IMG/VR virus record: IMGVR_UViG_3300032116_000166
Span: 1,383-65,382 of that record
Source: a virus
Lineage: Duplodnaviria; Caudoviricetes
Reading direction: 5' to 3' (one strand)
DNA length: 64,000 nucleotides
The notes below the pieces were generated by a model. It ran no database searches. It was not told where the DNA came from and saw only the letters and a program-made list of their open reading frames with translations. A program made the position numbers and the translations under genes. Below, piece by piece: positions 45,659-54,915 of this stretch (the stretch's first letter is position 1; every line of letters starts with the position of its first letter).

Positions 45659-46144
45659 ATGTTAGAATTTGCAGCAAGTGGTATTTTAGGCTCGATCTTT
45701 GGTGGATTGTTCAGATTGGCACCAGAGGTCCTAAAGTTCTGGGACCGCAAAGACGATCGCAAACACGAATTAGCAATGTACAATCTTCAGATTGACCTAG
45801 AAAAGACTAAAGGTCAGGTCAAGCTAGAAGAAAAGTACATGGACTACAATATTGCCCAAACTCAGGCTATTCAAACAGCTTTTGAAAGCCAAGCAAAAGA
45901 GGCTTCTGCTAGCTACAAGTGGGTAGCCGCACTGAGTGCTCTAGTTCGACCAATGGTAACCTATGTCTTATTTGGTATGTATGTGGCCTTCAAGATTGCC
46001 ATAATCGTACACGCCATAAACAGCGGTGCTAATTGGGTTGATCTTGCAAAAACTCACTGGACACCAGACGACTTTGCAATGTTAAACATGATCCTAACAT
46101 TCTGGTTCTTGGGCCGTTCAATTGAAAAGCGTAGCAACTCATGA
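45659..46144 (+). CDS. Holin (3-TM GTA-type holin family-like)
   Basis: LGS..GG..RLAPEVLK..D.K..R.HELAM...WV..LSALVRP.VTY...IL.FWF.GR; directly upstream of the endolysin with ATGA overlap. Confidence 0.7.
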   Translation: MLEFAASGILGSIFGGLFRLAPEVLKFWDRKDDRKHELAMYNLQIDLEKTKGQVKLEEKYMDYNIAQTQAIQTAFESQAKEASASYKWVAALSALVRPMVTYVLFGMYVAFKIAIIVHAINSGANWVDLAKTHWTPDDFAMLNMILTFWFLGRSIEKRSNS

Positions 46145-46677
46145 CCAAGGAAGCCGTCAAACTTTGTACAGATGCCCTTTTACATCCATTTGAGGGCTAT
46201 CACAAAAAGTTGCCAAATGGTGACTGTCAAAGCTATCCAGATCCCGCGAGCCCCCTAGGTCGCGGACTCATTTCAAAAGCTCAAGCAGCTCAAATGAGCC
46301 CTGCCGAATTACTTAAAGCAGGACACCCTTGGACAATAGGCTGGGGCACAACGGGTCCAGATATTGTGCCTGGCTTGGTGTGGACCCGTCAACAAGCAGA
46401 CGAACGTTTTGAGAGTACGCTCACCAAGTTTGTTGCTGGAGCACTGGGTCTTAGTCCAAGTTTAGCAAATGAACCGCCCAGAAGGTTGGCGGCAATCATT
46501 AGTTTTTGTTACAATTGCGGTCTTGGCAATTATCGTGTCAGTACTTTGCGTAAGCGAGTCAATGAACGTGACTGGGATGGTGCCTATCACGAGATACAAA
46601 AGTGGAACAAAGCTCAAGGCATTGTGTTAGCAGGATTGACACGCCGCCGCTTAGCAGAAGGCAACTTCTTGAGGTAA
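46141..46677 (+). CDS. Endolysin, GH24 lysozyme
   Basis: FEG...YPDP...WTIGWG.T; AI.SF.YN.G.G....STL; W.KA.G..L.GL.RRR.AE. Confidence 0.92.
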   Translation: MTKEAVKLCTDALLHPFEGYHKKLPNGDCQSYPDPASPLGRGLISKAQAAQMSPAELLKAGHPWTIGWGTTGPDIVPGLVWTRQQADERFESTLTKFVAGALGLSPSLANEPPRRLAAIISFCYNCGLGNYRVSTLRKRVNERDWDGAYHEIQKWNKAQGIVLAGLTRRRLAEGNFLR

Positions 46678-46679
46678 TT

Positions 46680-46997
46680 ATGGTAGAGATATTAGTGTTA
46701 ATTATAGTTGTATTACAACTATTAGACATATATACAACAGATGCCATACTAGATCTTGGTGGCAAGGAGTTAAACCCAGTACTTGACAAATTTTTCAAAA
46801 TAGTAGGTGTACTACCAGGATTATTAATATCAAAGACCATTTTTGTAGGTGTATTGTTTTACTACTATATAACCAACAGAAACCTGTTAGTATCCACAGA
46901 AGGAATACTGACTTTAATTGCTATATCTGCAATATATAGTTATATTGTGCGTAATAACTTTAAAGTTTTAAATTCCTTAAAGTCCTCCTCAAACTGA
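46680..46997 (+). CDS. Membrane protein (DUF5658-like)
   Basis: ATG at 46680 after GAGG; LQLLDIYTT...L..GG.ELNP motif; three hydrophobic segments. Confidence 0.6.
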   Translation: MVEILVLIIVVLQLLDIYTTDAILDLGGKELNPVLDKFFKIVGVLPGLLISKTIFVGVLFYYYITNRNLLVSTEGILTLIAISAIYSYIVRNNFKVLNSLKSSSN

Positions 46998-47023
46998 GGC
47001 CGATTAATAAATCTTCAAAATCT

Positions 47024-47719
47024 ATGGCAAACAACAGTGGCAAGAAAGCTCGCAGAGCAGCAAGTCAGAGTCCTGATAACAGTTTTTTAACTAAAACAGA
47101 GTTCAGGGAAGTAAAACCACTAAATTATATACAAGAAACGTATCTTAATGCTATAAAAACCAATGAAATAATCTTTGGTATTGGTAGTGCAGGCACAGGC
47201 AAAACCTATGTGGCTGCAAGTTATGCTGCAAGTGAATTGTTCCACAGACGAGTGGACAAAATCATTTTAACTAGACCAAATGTAGAAACTGGCCGTGGAT
47301 TGGGCTTTCTGCCCGGTACCTTGGAAGAAAAATACGAACCATATCTGGATCCTTTTGATCAAGTGTTTAGTAGATCACTGGGCAAAGGCTTTTACGAGTA
47401 TGCACTTAAGTCAAAGGCCATAGAGCCCAGACCCTTGGGCTTTATGAGAGGTGCTACGTTTGATAATGCTATTGTGCTCGTAGACGAAGCACAGAACGCC
47501 ACCAAAATGGAATTGAAGATGTTGTTGAGTCGTATTGGTCGCAACACAAAAATGATTATCTCAGGCGATGATGATCAGAGTGACATTCCAGATAGTGGAT
47601 TGATGGATGCCGTCAACCGACTAGAGGGCATTGGCGGTATCGAGGTGGTTCGCTTCTTGGAGACTGATATTGTCCGATCGAAGATGTGTAAACAAATTAT
47701 TTTAGCTTATAAGAATTGA
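47024..47719 (+). CDS. phoH: PhoH-family ATPase
   Basis: GSAGTGKT Walker A, LTRP.VE, LGFLPG, FMRG.TF, DEAQN, SRIG, GD..QSD. Confidence 0.95.
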   Translation: MANNSGKKARRAASQSPDNSFLTKTEFREVKPLNYIQETYLNAIKTNEIIFGIGSAGTGKTYVAASYAASELFHRRVDKIILTRPNVETGRGLGFLPGTLEEKYEPYLDPFDQVFSRSLGKGFYEYALKSKAIEPRPLGFMRGATFDNAIVLVDEAQNATKMELKMLLSRIGRNTKMIISGDDDQSDIPDSGLMDAVNRLEGIGGIEVVRFLETDIVRSKMCKQIILAYKN

Positions 47720-47726
47720 GAGTGAG

Positions 47727-48506
47727 ATGGCAAAAGAACTGTGTCCAGTGGGTACAATGTATCCAGATATTAATTTGAGCAACCACTTGGCAGCGGTTCA
47801 GTACGCCAACTACGGACCTGCCGAAGCTCGTGATAGCAACCCTGAATTTTGGGAAGCCAAACAAGAAGTGTGGGGTGTCAGTGAGGGTCAGGCCCGTATG
47901 AGGGTATGCGCCAGCTGTCATCATCATGATCGTGAACCAGAAACTTTGGACTGCATTATCGAAGGTCCAGCAGGTGAGTGGAGCGAAAGTCAACTTCCAG
48001 TCACTCCCAAATTTACTGACATTGATGGTATGCCTGTGTGGTACTGCAAGCGTTGGAATATGACCGTTTCACCAATCAGAGTGTGCGATCAGTGGGAAAC
48101 AGAAGAAGAGTATGAAGACGAAGAGCCCGATGTACCCGAAGGTGAGCCTGAAAAAGGTTATTACGAAAAGGCAGCAACTACATACAAGCCCACAACTGGC
48201 ATGGCTTCAGCAGCTCGCCGTGCCCTCAAGTGGAAAAAAGAAGGCAAAGCTGGTGGAACCCGAGTAGGCTTGGCCAGAGCAAATCAGCTTGTTAACCGTG
48301 AAAACTTGACAGCTAGTACAGTAATGAGAATGCACTCATTCTTTAGTCGTCACGAAGTAGACAAAAAAGCAACAGGATTCAACAGTGGAGAAGAAGGCTT
48401 TCCAAGTGCCGGCAGGGTGGCTTGGGATTTGTGGGGCGGAGACGGTGGCCAGTCTTGGGCCAGAGCTAAGCGAGATCAGATAGTAAGGACTCGCGAAAAC
48501 AACTAA
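47727..48506 (+). CDS. Two-domain hypothetical protein (Cys-rich N-domain + basic helical C-domain)
   Basis: CP..T....NL.N......NYGP...FW...CxxC...C...C..W; acidic linker; PT.GM...A.RAL.W...GGT.VG.ARA.QL...RM.SFF.RH...AW.LWGG. Confidence 0.6.
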   Translation: MAKELCPVGTMYPDINLSNHLAAVQYANYGPAEARDSNPEFWEAKQEVWGVSEGQARMRVCASCHHHDREPETLDCIIEGPAGEWSESQLPVTPKFTDIDGMPVWYCKRWNMTVSPIRVCDQWETEEEYEDEEPDVPEGEPEKGYYEKAATTYKPTTGMASAARRALKWKKEGKAGGTRVGLARANQLVNRENLTASTVMRMHSFFSRHEVDKKATGFNSGEEGFPSAGRVAWDLWGGDGGQSWARAKRDQIVRTRENN

Positions 48507-48516
48507 GAGGTGACCT

Positions 48517-48846
48517 ATGGCAGATCCTACAGGGTATTTGACTGCAAAGGTGGCTTCTATGATAGGGGGTCTGTTTGGGGGCTTTGCAATTCTCACATTT
48601 ATCAGACCAAAAACTATCAGTGAAGCATTTATGAGGGGCGGCGTTTCTGTAGGAAGTGCCATGGTTTTTACTTATCCACTATTAGAAATGATGGGTTTGT
48701 CCAATAACTGGGAAACCCAGCTCATGGGTGGATTCTGTGTAGGATTTTTAGCGTATACTGTGTTAGGTATGGTTGCTAACTTCTTACAAAAGAATCAAGA
48801 CAAAGACATAGTACAAGTAGTCAAAGAGGTAAAGAAAAATGATTAA
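48517..48846 (+). CDS. Three-TM membrane protein, holin-like
   Basis: 109 aa, three Gly-rich TM helices, charged C-terminus; GAGGTG RBS. Confidence 0.55.
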   Translation: MADPTGYLTAKVASMIGGLFGGFAILTFIRPKTISEAFMRGGVSVGSAMVFTYPLLEMMGLSNNWETQLMGGFCVGFLAYTVLGMVANFLQKNQDKDIVQVVKEVKKND

Positions 48847-49177
48847 CACAGTCGTTGGGTTCTTTAACTCTTGGACCCTATTAATCAATTTTGTATGCCA
48901 TAGCCTCATATTTATAAGTATATTCTATGTTGCAGTTCATAATCGTGAACTAAAACCTTGGATTATTACTCCCCTATGGTGGTTGGCGTTGACGAGTGGG
49001 TTTACTGCTAGTACAGTGGTTGTACAATGGGCAATAGGTCCAGAACACCCCATGAGCTACTGGACCCTAGGAACTTTGGGAGAAATAACCTCTGGTATAA
49101 TCTTGGCCTCAATAAGTTTTACAATGTTTTTACAAACACTCAAACACGACTTGAACTGTCGCAAAGATCGCAGATGA
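48839..49177 (+). CDS. Three-TM membrane protein
   Basis: Three hydrophobic segments, basic C-terminus; overlaps the upstream gene. Confidence 0.55.
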   Translation: MINTVVGFFNSWTLLINFVCHSLIFISIFYVAVHNRELKPWIITPLWWLALTSGFTASTVVVQWAIGPEHPMSYWTLGTLGEITSGIILASISFTMFLQTLKHDLNCRKDRR

Positions 49178-49217
49178 AAAAAGCCCCTCAACTTTTAGGT
49201 TGAGGGGCTTTTTCTTT
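49177..49217. terminator. Bidirectional terminator at the junction of late and replication arms
   Basis: AAAAAAGCCCCTCAAC-tttta g-GTTGAGGGGCTTTTT. Confidence 0.9.
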
Positions 49218-49362
49218 ATTCAGCAGGCTGCTGAGGCATCTGCTCTTGTGCTTGTTCTTGCAGTTTTCGGGTCAAGGGGTTGGCCACCTTAGCAGGTAGT
49301 TCCTGTAGACCGGCAATAATCATGTTTGCTTCTTGTTCTGTGACCTTAAATGTAAATTCCAT
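49216..49362 (-). CDS. 48-aa hypothetical protein missing from the ORF track
   Basis: GAGG RBS; MEFTFKVTEQEANMIIAGLQELPAKVANPLTRKLQEQAQEQMPQQPAE*; ends at the terminator. Confidence 0.7.
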   Translation of the reverse strand: MEFTFKVTEQEANMIIAGLQELPAKVANPLTRKLQEQAQEQMPQQPAE

Positions 49363-49371
49363 ATTTTCCTC

Positions 49372-51336
49372 TTATTTAATTGGACAAGCGCCTGTAGCGC
49401 AACCTTCTTCCACAATCTCATCAAAACTGTTAGCTGTATTGATATCTACAGGCAACAAGTTCTGAGTATACTCGTGATATGTTTGTTCATCTACTACTTC
49501 TTGCGGTAAGTAGAGATAACCCAAGTCTTTAGCTGTTTTTGTAGGGTCGCTGCGGAATAGGAAACTTACTCCTACATAGCAGTCCCAGTTGTTTAACAGC
49601 CAATCTTTAATGTCTTCAACTTCGCTGGGATCATAACTGATAGTCACTGATGTATTCTGCTGAGTCCAGCTGGTCTGAATCATCTTGTAACGCTCTAGCT
49701 GATCAATAGCACTCTCCAAGTTGACTTCTTTGCCATCAACCTTGTCAAAAGGTACATCGTCCCACTTGACAGGGAATGTAACTAATACACCACTAGGGTC
49801 GGTTGGGTGATTAATTACCTTGTAGTTAGCTGCTCGTAGTTTATCTACGACTGGATCAAATTTGGAGAACTGTACATTGTTGAAAATATACTTGCCTAGT
49901 GGCTTGTGTACACCCTCTGTGGTATCCATGATTTTGGATAGAGTGCCGCTTGGCTTGATACAGGTAATGTTCTTAGGACGTGGTAGCCCAAGTTCATCTG
50001 CCATTCCAACTGCTGCAGCCGTTGCTGTACGCTTGAGGTATTCATAATCGTAACCTGTCATGTCAGGACGTTTTACGATACCTGTCAAGCCAACTCCGCA
50101 CAACCGTAGGAAGTAGTTGTTCAAATGCCAACTTTCTTGTAGAATACCGTCCTTCAAGTCTACGCAAGTCTGGCGATAGTTTGCACGAGCTGCAAGACGA
50201 ATAGCTTCGTGCATTCCTGCATTATTGCCCTTGAACTTGCCAATGTCGGTTTCTGTTAAATTACAGAAGCTCTTGTTACCCAATAAGATCTCTACACAAG
50301 GATTGCAGCCTGCAAACCAAGGAGCACGGCGAGTGGCTTCCACAGCATTAATAAAACCAGGTTCGCTACCACCAGCATCCAACATTAGGTCAAAGATCTG
50401 ACTGATTTCTTCGTAGGTAGGCTTCTTGCGGAAAACTAGACTGTTATTGCTCTGTTGGCGCTGACTGTTTCCATGCAACCACCAATCCTTTTTGGCTAAT
50501 GCAAATTCTTTCCATTCAGGTTGGTCGTATTCAAAAAGAGCAATTTCAGCACTTCTACGACTAGAGAGTATAGTCCCAAGCCAATTAACAATGTCGAGAA
50601 TATCCATCCTAGTAAGAAGGCTATCGGCACGACCATTAAGAATACGGGCAATAGCAGTATAAGCCACACTGATTGCTTCATCACCACTACTAATCCAGCC
50701 ATAACCCTTTAACCTTTCACCAGCAGGTCGCAACTGACTAAAATCAAGCACAAGAGTGTCAGCAGGATACTTACCGGCCAGTAGTTTTCCAATACTCTTT
50801 GCCCATGCCTCGGCACTGTCGCCAACACGGATAGTCCATGTTTTAGTGTCTGGATCCCAAAATTCTGCATTGTGCTCACTACCACCCTTTTCAGTCCGTG
50901 TACTCCGAACAGTCTTAATGTTCTTGATTGGCTTAGAGAAGCCGTTCAGGGTGCCTACAATAGGCTTGAATCCCACACCGCAACCCTGTAACAACAGCCA
51001 TAGTACGTCTACTACGTCGTATACTGTTTCTACGCAGGTAAAACTGCAATTGAATTGTGATGCTTCACGGGTCTTAGCAACGTCTGTGCCACCCAGCCAC
51101 AATGAGCGACCACTCATTAGGACCTTGCGATCCAACATCAATTGTTCTAGATCATATAGTTCTGCGTATTCATCATCATCTAGTTCGCGTCCTACTGCAC
51201 GTTCCCATAGCCATGCTTGGTGATCGATAACTCGCCCAACAGTTTCCTGCCAAGTTTCAAAGTTCAATCCAGTGTCATCTGTGGGACGGTTGTATGTTCG
51301 TCGTGTAATTACTTGTGCTCTTGTACTTACTGCCAT
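49372..51336 (-). CDS. nrdJ: Class II (adenosylcobalamin-dependent) ribonucleotide reductase, monomeric type
   Basis: RRTY.R; FNCS; GCGVGF; RRSAEI; GCNPCVEI; CNLTE; KPSGT; C-terminal CATGACPIK; ATG at 51336; no nrdB in the window. Confidence 0.9.
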   Translation of the reverse strand: MAVSTRAQVITRRTYNRPTDDTGLNFETWQETVGRVIDHQAWLWERAVGRELDDDEYAELYDLEQLMLDRKVLMSGRSLWLGGTDVAKTREASQFNCSFTCVETVYDVVDVLWLLLQGCGVGFKPIVGTLNGFSKPIKNIKTVRSTRTEKGGSEHNAEFWDPDTKTWTIRVGDSAEAWAKSIGKLLAGKYPADTLVLDFSQLRPAGERLKGYGWISSGDEAISVAYTAIARILNGRADSLLTRMDILDIVNWLGTILSSRRSAEIALFEYDQPEWKEFALAKKDWWLHGNSQRQQSNNSLVFRKKPTYEEISQIFDLMLDAGGSEPGFINAVEATRRAPWFAGCNPCVEILLGNKSFCNLTETDIGKFKGNNAGMHEAIRLAARANYRQTCVDLKDGILQESWHLNNYFLRLCGVGLTGIVKRPDMTGYDYEYLKRTATAAAVGMADELGLPRPKNITCIKPSGTLSKIMDTTEGVHKPLGKYIFNNVQFSKFDPVVDKLRAANYKVINHPTDPSGVLVTFPVKWDDVPFDKVDGKEVNLESAIDQLERYKMIQTSWTQQNTSVTISYDPSEVEDIKDWLLNNWDCYVGVSFLFRSDPTKTAKDLGYLYLPQEVVDEQTYHEYTQNLLPVDINTANSFDEIVEEGCATGACPIK

Positions 51337-51337
51337 A

Positions 51338-51781
51338 TTATGCCTTTCCGGTACTGCCGAATCCGCCAGTACCGCGTTGTGTATCATTCCATTCGTCGTC
51401 TGACCAATTACCTACTTCTAGTTCTGGAAGTAGAATTGGAACTACTACCAGCTGCACGATTCGCTCGCCTGCTGGTAGATCTGTTTCGCTAAGATTTCCT
51501 GGGACCCCATTAAACATGAGTGAAGCCATGATTTCGCCACGATAATCACTGTCAATTACACCAACCGAATTGGTCATTGTAATGCCCTGCTTGCTCAATG
51601 AGCTACGTGGAAACAGCAAGCCCACGTGATTTACAGGAATTTTTACTGAAACACCGGTAGGTACCAGTGTTCTTTTGCCCATTTGCAGGGTGATCGTTTG
51701 TTTGCATCGTAGGTCTAGTCCAGCATCTGTTGGATTGCTGCGAGTAGGCATGCATGCGGGATGTTCTAGTTTAATTAGCAT
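51338..51781 (-). CDS. dut: dUTPase (trimeric)
   Basis: AGLDL, PRSS, GVIDSDYRGE, RIVQL, RGTGGFGSTG. Confidence 0.97.
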   Translation of the reverse strand: MLIKLEHPACMPTRSNPTDAGLDLRCKQTITLQMGKRTLVPTGVSVKIPVNHVGLLFPRSSLSKQGITMTNSVGVIDSDYRGEIMASLMFNGVPGNLSETDLPAGERIVQLVVVPILLPELEVGNWSDDEWNDTQRGTGGFGSTGKA

Positions 51782-52622
51782 AATTTAGAAGTGTGGTGTT
51801 AATAGTTTCACAATTTTCTGGACCCAGTGCTTCGTCGCAGAACTCTAGCAAATCCATCAATCGATAGTTTAGCATCAAGGCATCAGCCCCGAACTCGTTA
51901 AGAGATTGAATATATTTATACTTACTAGAAATTGGCAAATTACCAATGATATCCCAGGTACTGCCATACTGAGATACCAGAGTTTGCGCCTTTTTCGGAC
52001 CAATTCCGGCGACACCAGGAATGTTATCACCGGAATCGCCAGTAAGGCACTTGATACTAATGTGATCAGCAGGATTGTACTCATAGTGTTCGTTCCAATT
52101 TTCCCATGTAATTTCTTTGCGTGTAACGTAACTGAACCGCATTACGTCTTCACTCACCAATAGATCCCAGTCTCGGTCACTAGAGATCAGGACAACTTTG
52201 TCAAAGCCCAACTTTTTACGGTATTTGACAATGTAAGCAGCAATATCGTCAGCCTCGCACTTCTCAAATCGGAACAGTGGGTGCTTTGAAGAATTCTTGT
52301 AATGATCCATTACACGGTTAAACTCTGTAAAGAATCGTTCAAATGCCAGCTGTTCTTCTTGAGTTTGTTGATCAAACTTGTCTTTGCGGTTTTGCTTGTA
52401 GTCAGGATAAATAGCCTTACGATAGCTACTACTGCCACTGTCGCAGGTCAAGATAACCCTACCGGCTTTATAGCTTTTACGTAGACTATCTACTGTTCTA
52501 ACATAGCTGTCAAGAAAGTCTGTGTCGCCGCTGTGCTTCCAGCGAAAACCCAAGTTTAGACAGTCCACTACCAGTGCAGTGTTAGGTTCCAGCTCTTGTA
52601 CTTTGTTGAATTCAATACTCAT
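51771..52622 (-). CDS. D15: 5'-3' flap exonuclease (T5 D15-like)
   Basis: VD.LNLGFRW, YR..IYP.YK.NR, EADD, SSDRDW, GD.GDNIPGV.GIG.K.A. Confidence 0.93.
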   Translation of the reverse strand: MSIEFNKVQELEPNTALVVDCLNLGFRWKHSGDTDFLDSYVRTVDSLRKSYKAGRVILTCDSGSSSYRKAIYPDYKQNRKDKFDQQTQEEQLAFERFFTEFNRVMDHYKNSSKHPLFRFEKCEADDIAAYIVKYRKKLGFDKVVLISSDRDWDLLVSEDVMRFSYVTRKEITWENWNEHYEYNPADHISIKCLTGDSGDNIPGVAGIGPKKAQTLVSQYGSTWDIIGNLPISSKYKYIQSLNEFGADALMLNYRLMDLLEFCDEALGPENCETINTTLLNYAN

Positions 52623-52645
52623 GTTGATTGTTTAGTTAATCTACT

Positions 52646-52674
52646 ATTATATAACATTGAACGGCAACATTCAA
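52646..52674 (-). promoter_or_regulatory. sigma70 promoter for D15-dut-nrdJ
   Basis: Minus strand TTGAAT-17 bp-TATAAT-AGT. Confidence 0.75.
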
Positions 52675-53123
52675 CATATAAATTGCGGACGTTCCATCTT
52701 GATCCAGTCTTCTAAGACTGCTACATAAAACTCAAAACCGTTGCGGCTTACGTACATAAACGGCAAGTGTGAATTAGGCATCAATTCAAAAGCACAGAAC
52801 AGCTTGCTGCGGTCAAACTTAAAGATCAGCAGCGGTTCTCGGTTAACCTGGTCTGCTTGACGTTTGCATTGTTCCCACCAGTGGAATAACTGCGGAACTT
52901 TGTCTGTTAGAATCTTGCTGGTAAGGTGGTCGTCTTGGTAGTGCTTTACTTCTACACAAAACACGTTGCCAACACCCGGAAGATAAAGGTCGCCCTTCAT
53001 CAGGTGTTTGGCATCGAGTGCACCACTGCCAGGAGTACGTTGCCAGTCTAGCCCTGTAAGATCCTTTAAGGTCTTTTTTACAGCAGTTTCTGCTCTACTG
53101 CCCTTATCTCTGCTATCAACCAT
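52671..53123 (-). CDS. D14: D14-like PD-(D/E)xK nuclease / putative Holliday junction resolvase
   Basis: DSR.KG.RAE...W.RTPGSGA...KGD...VEVKHY...WW.Q. Confidence 0.85.
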   Translation of the reverse strand: MVDSRDKGSRAETAVKKTLKDLTGLDWQRTPGSGALDAKHLMKGDLYLPGVGNVFCVEVKHYQDDHLTSKILTDKVPQLFHWWEQCKRQADQVNREPLLIFKFDRSKLFCAFELMPNSHLPFMYVSRNGFEFYVAVLEDWIKMERPQFIC

Positions 53124-54915
53124 TATCTATCCTAGAAATGTTGTTTTGTTTCACCACTGTAATCTTTTCTAGGAGAGGATGTTGAAATCCGTGGCTAATA
53201 ACAAATGTGTTTAAGTACTCTTCTCTGAGCAATACTTCTACCAATCTTTCCTTACCTTCAAGATCTAAGTTTTCGATGGTTTCGTCTAAGATGAGTAGAT
53301 TTATACGTGTATTGCTTAAACTCTGCATCAGCTTGCGAATACCCAACAGGGCTGCTGCGTTTACTCTGGCTCTTTCGCCCCCACTCAATGCCAAGATTTC
53401 AATATCTTTGCCGTGGTCTGTGATAACTACGTTCAGTTTATCACTGCCTGCAATTCTAAATCCTAACTGAAAGCGACCATCACTCAATTCGCCCAAGTAT
53501 TCGTTTGTGGTAGACTCCAGATCCTTGACTAAGCACTCGATCTTGTAAGCCACCAAACCTGTAGGACTAAATGTCTTCACTAATACTTGCAGGGTAGCTA
53601 ATCTGGCACTAGCTTCTTCAAGTTCACCTCTGTGTACAACTAGACTAGCTTCCATTTCTTCAAGCTGACTTAAAATAACGTCTACTTTTGCATTATGAGC
53701 GATAGCCTTGCTGTTACTATCGGTGATCTTTTTGATCGTGTCTTTGACTTGCTGTATAGAAGCCTCTGTAGACTTAATGGTTTGTTCCAAAGTCTTTTTA
53801 TCTAGTAACTCAGTAGTAATATTGGGATCATACAGAGCATGGTATTCTTCGTAGAGCTCTTTGGTCTCGTTTAGCTTTTCCCACTCTTTGACTTCCAGTT
53901 CCAAGTTACGAATCAAGGCTTCAAGTTCTTGAACTCGTGTAGCTGCATAACTCTTGGAAGACCTCTGCTCTTCTAACAAATCATCTATTTTGTGTTTGTC
54001 AATATCTTGTAGACAAGTAGGACATACACTACCCAGTTTGCCCATCTTGGAAATAAAGCTATCACAGTCCTTGACAGTTTTAGCCAATTCAATCTTTTCA
54101 CGAGTATACTCTGGTATTTGACTACCTGGCCTAGTACCGACTGGCCTAACTACTAAACTTTCTAACAATTCTTTGTACTTATTATTTTGTACAATAGTAC
54201 GATTTTTGCTTTCAATATCTCGCAAACTGTCACGAACAGCCTGACAACTATCTTCTAAGTCTTTTGGTTGGTCTGGTACTGGTTGTACCTCTTGCTTGGT
54301 CAGGTCTGAGGCTCGGTACTTCTTTAGCCAGTCATCGCAGCTTGCTATCTTTGCATTGGCTGCTGTAACGGCACTGTCAACACCTTTAGCTAAATCCTTG
54401 AACACGTCTCCCAACTCTACATACTTTGTTAGGTTGAGTAAGTCAATCAAAAACTTTTTACGATTGCCATCAGTTGCTGTTAGGAACTCTAAGCTAGCAC
54501 TACTGCTTTGATACACAATCTGACAAAACGTTTTGTGGTCGTAACCAATAAGCTCTTCTATAGTCTTATAGGTAGCAGTAGAAGTATGACTACTAATATC
54601 TTCGCCGTTACAAGTTAATTTAACAGTTTGTGTAGTTCCACGTACTGTTTTTATAACATAGTTACTACCGCCCTTATTAAACTCTAATTCAACAGAGTAG
54701 CTCTTGGCTTTTACATTGCGGTTTAAGATGTCGGCTTTTTTGATGCCCTTAGAGTTTTTGTTGTATAACACTTCTTCTAAGATCAGTGCTATACTGCTTT
54801 TTCCGTGACCGTTTCTACCCACAATCTGTGTTAGTGGAGAAGTGGAAAAATCTAATTCGTTATTTTCTCCATAACTGAATAGATTACTCCATCTCATCTT
54901 TTTCAGTACAATCAT
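53116..54915 (-). CDS. D13: SbcC/Rad50-like recombination ATPase (T5 D13-like)
   Basis: GRNGHGKSS Walker A, CPTC zinc hook, LSGGE signature, LILDE, ISH. Confidence 0.93.
   Translation of the reverse strand: MIVLKKMRWSNLFSYGENNELDFSTSPLTQIVGRNGHGKSSIALILEEVLYNKNSKGIKKADILNRNVKAKSYSVELEFNKGGSNYVIKTVRGTTQTVKLTCNGEDISSHTSTATYKTIEELIGYDHKTFCQIVYQSSSASLEFLTATDGNRKKFLIDLLNLTKYVELGDVFKDLAKGVDSAVTAANAKIASCDDWLKKYRASDLTKQEVQPVPDQPKDLEDSCQAVRDSLRDIESKNRTIVQNNKYKELLESLVVRPVGTRPGSQIPEYTREKIELAKTVKDCDSFISKMGKLGSVCPTCLQDIDKHKIDDLLEEQRSSKSYAATRVQELEALIRNLELEVKEWEKLNETKELYEEYHALYDPNITTELLDKKTLEQTIKSTEASIQQVKDTIKKITDSNSKAIAHNAKVDVILSQLEEMEASLVVHRGELEEASARLATLQVLVKTFSPTGLVAYKIECLVKDLESTTNEYLGELSDGRFQLGFRIAGSDKLNVVITDHGKDIEILALSGGERARVNAAALLGIRKLMQSLSNTRINLLILDETIENLDLEGKERLVEVLLREEYLNTFVISHGFQHPLLEKITVVKQNNISRIDNG

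Noticed and set aside
47907-47921. CASCH as a c-type haem-binding motif
   Set aside because: No signal peptide for periplasmic haem attachment; the additional cysteines fit metal coordination better.
186-48662. Numerous minus-strand ORFs under the late genes (and plus-strand ORFs under the replication genes)
   Set aside because: Antisense shadows of Thr/Ser/Gly-rich or codon-biased genes; no RBS or recognisable motifs.
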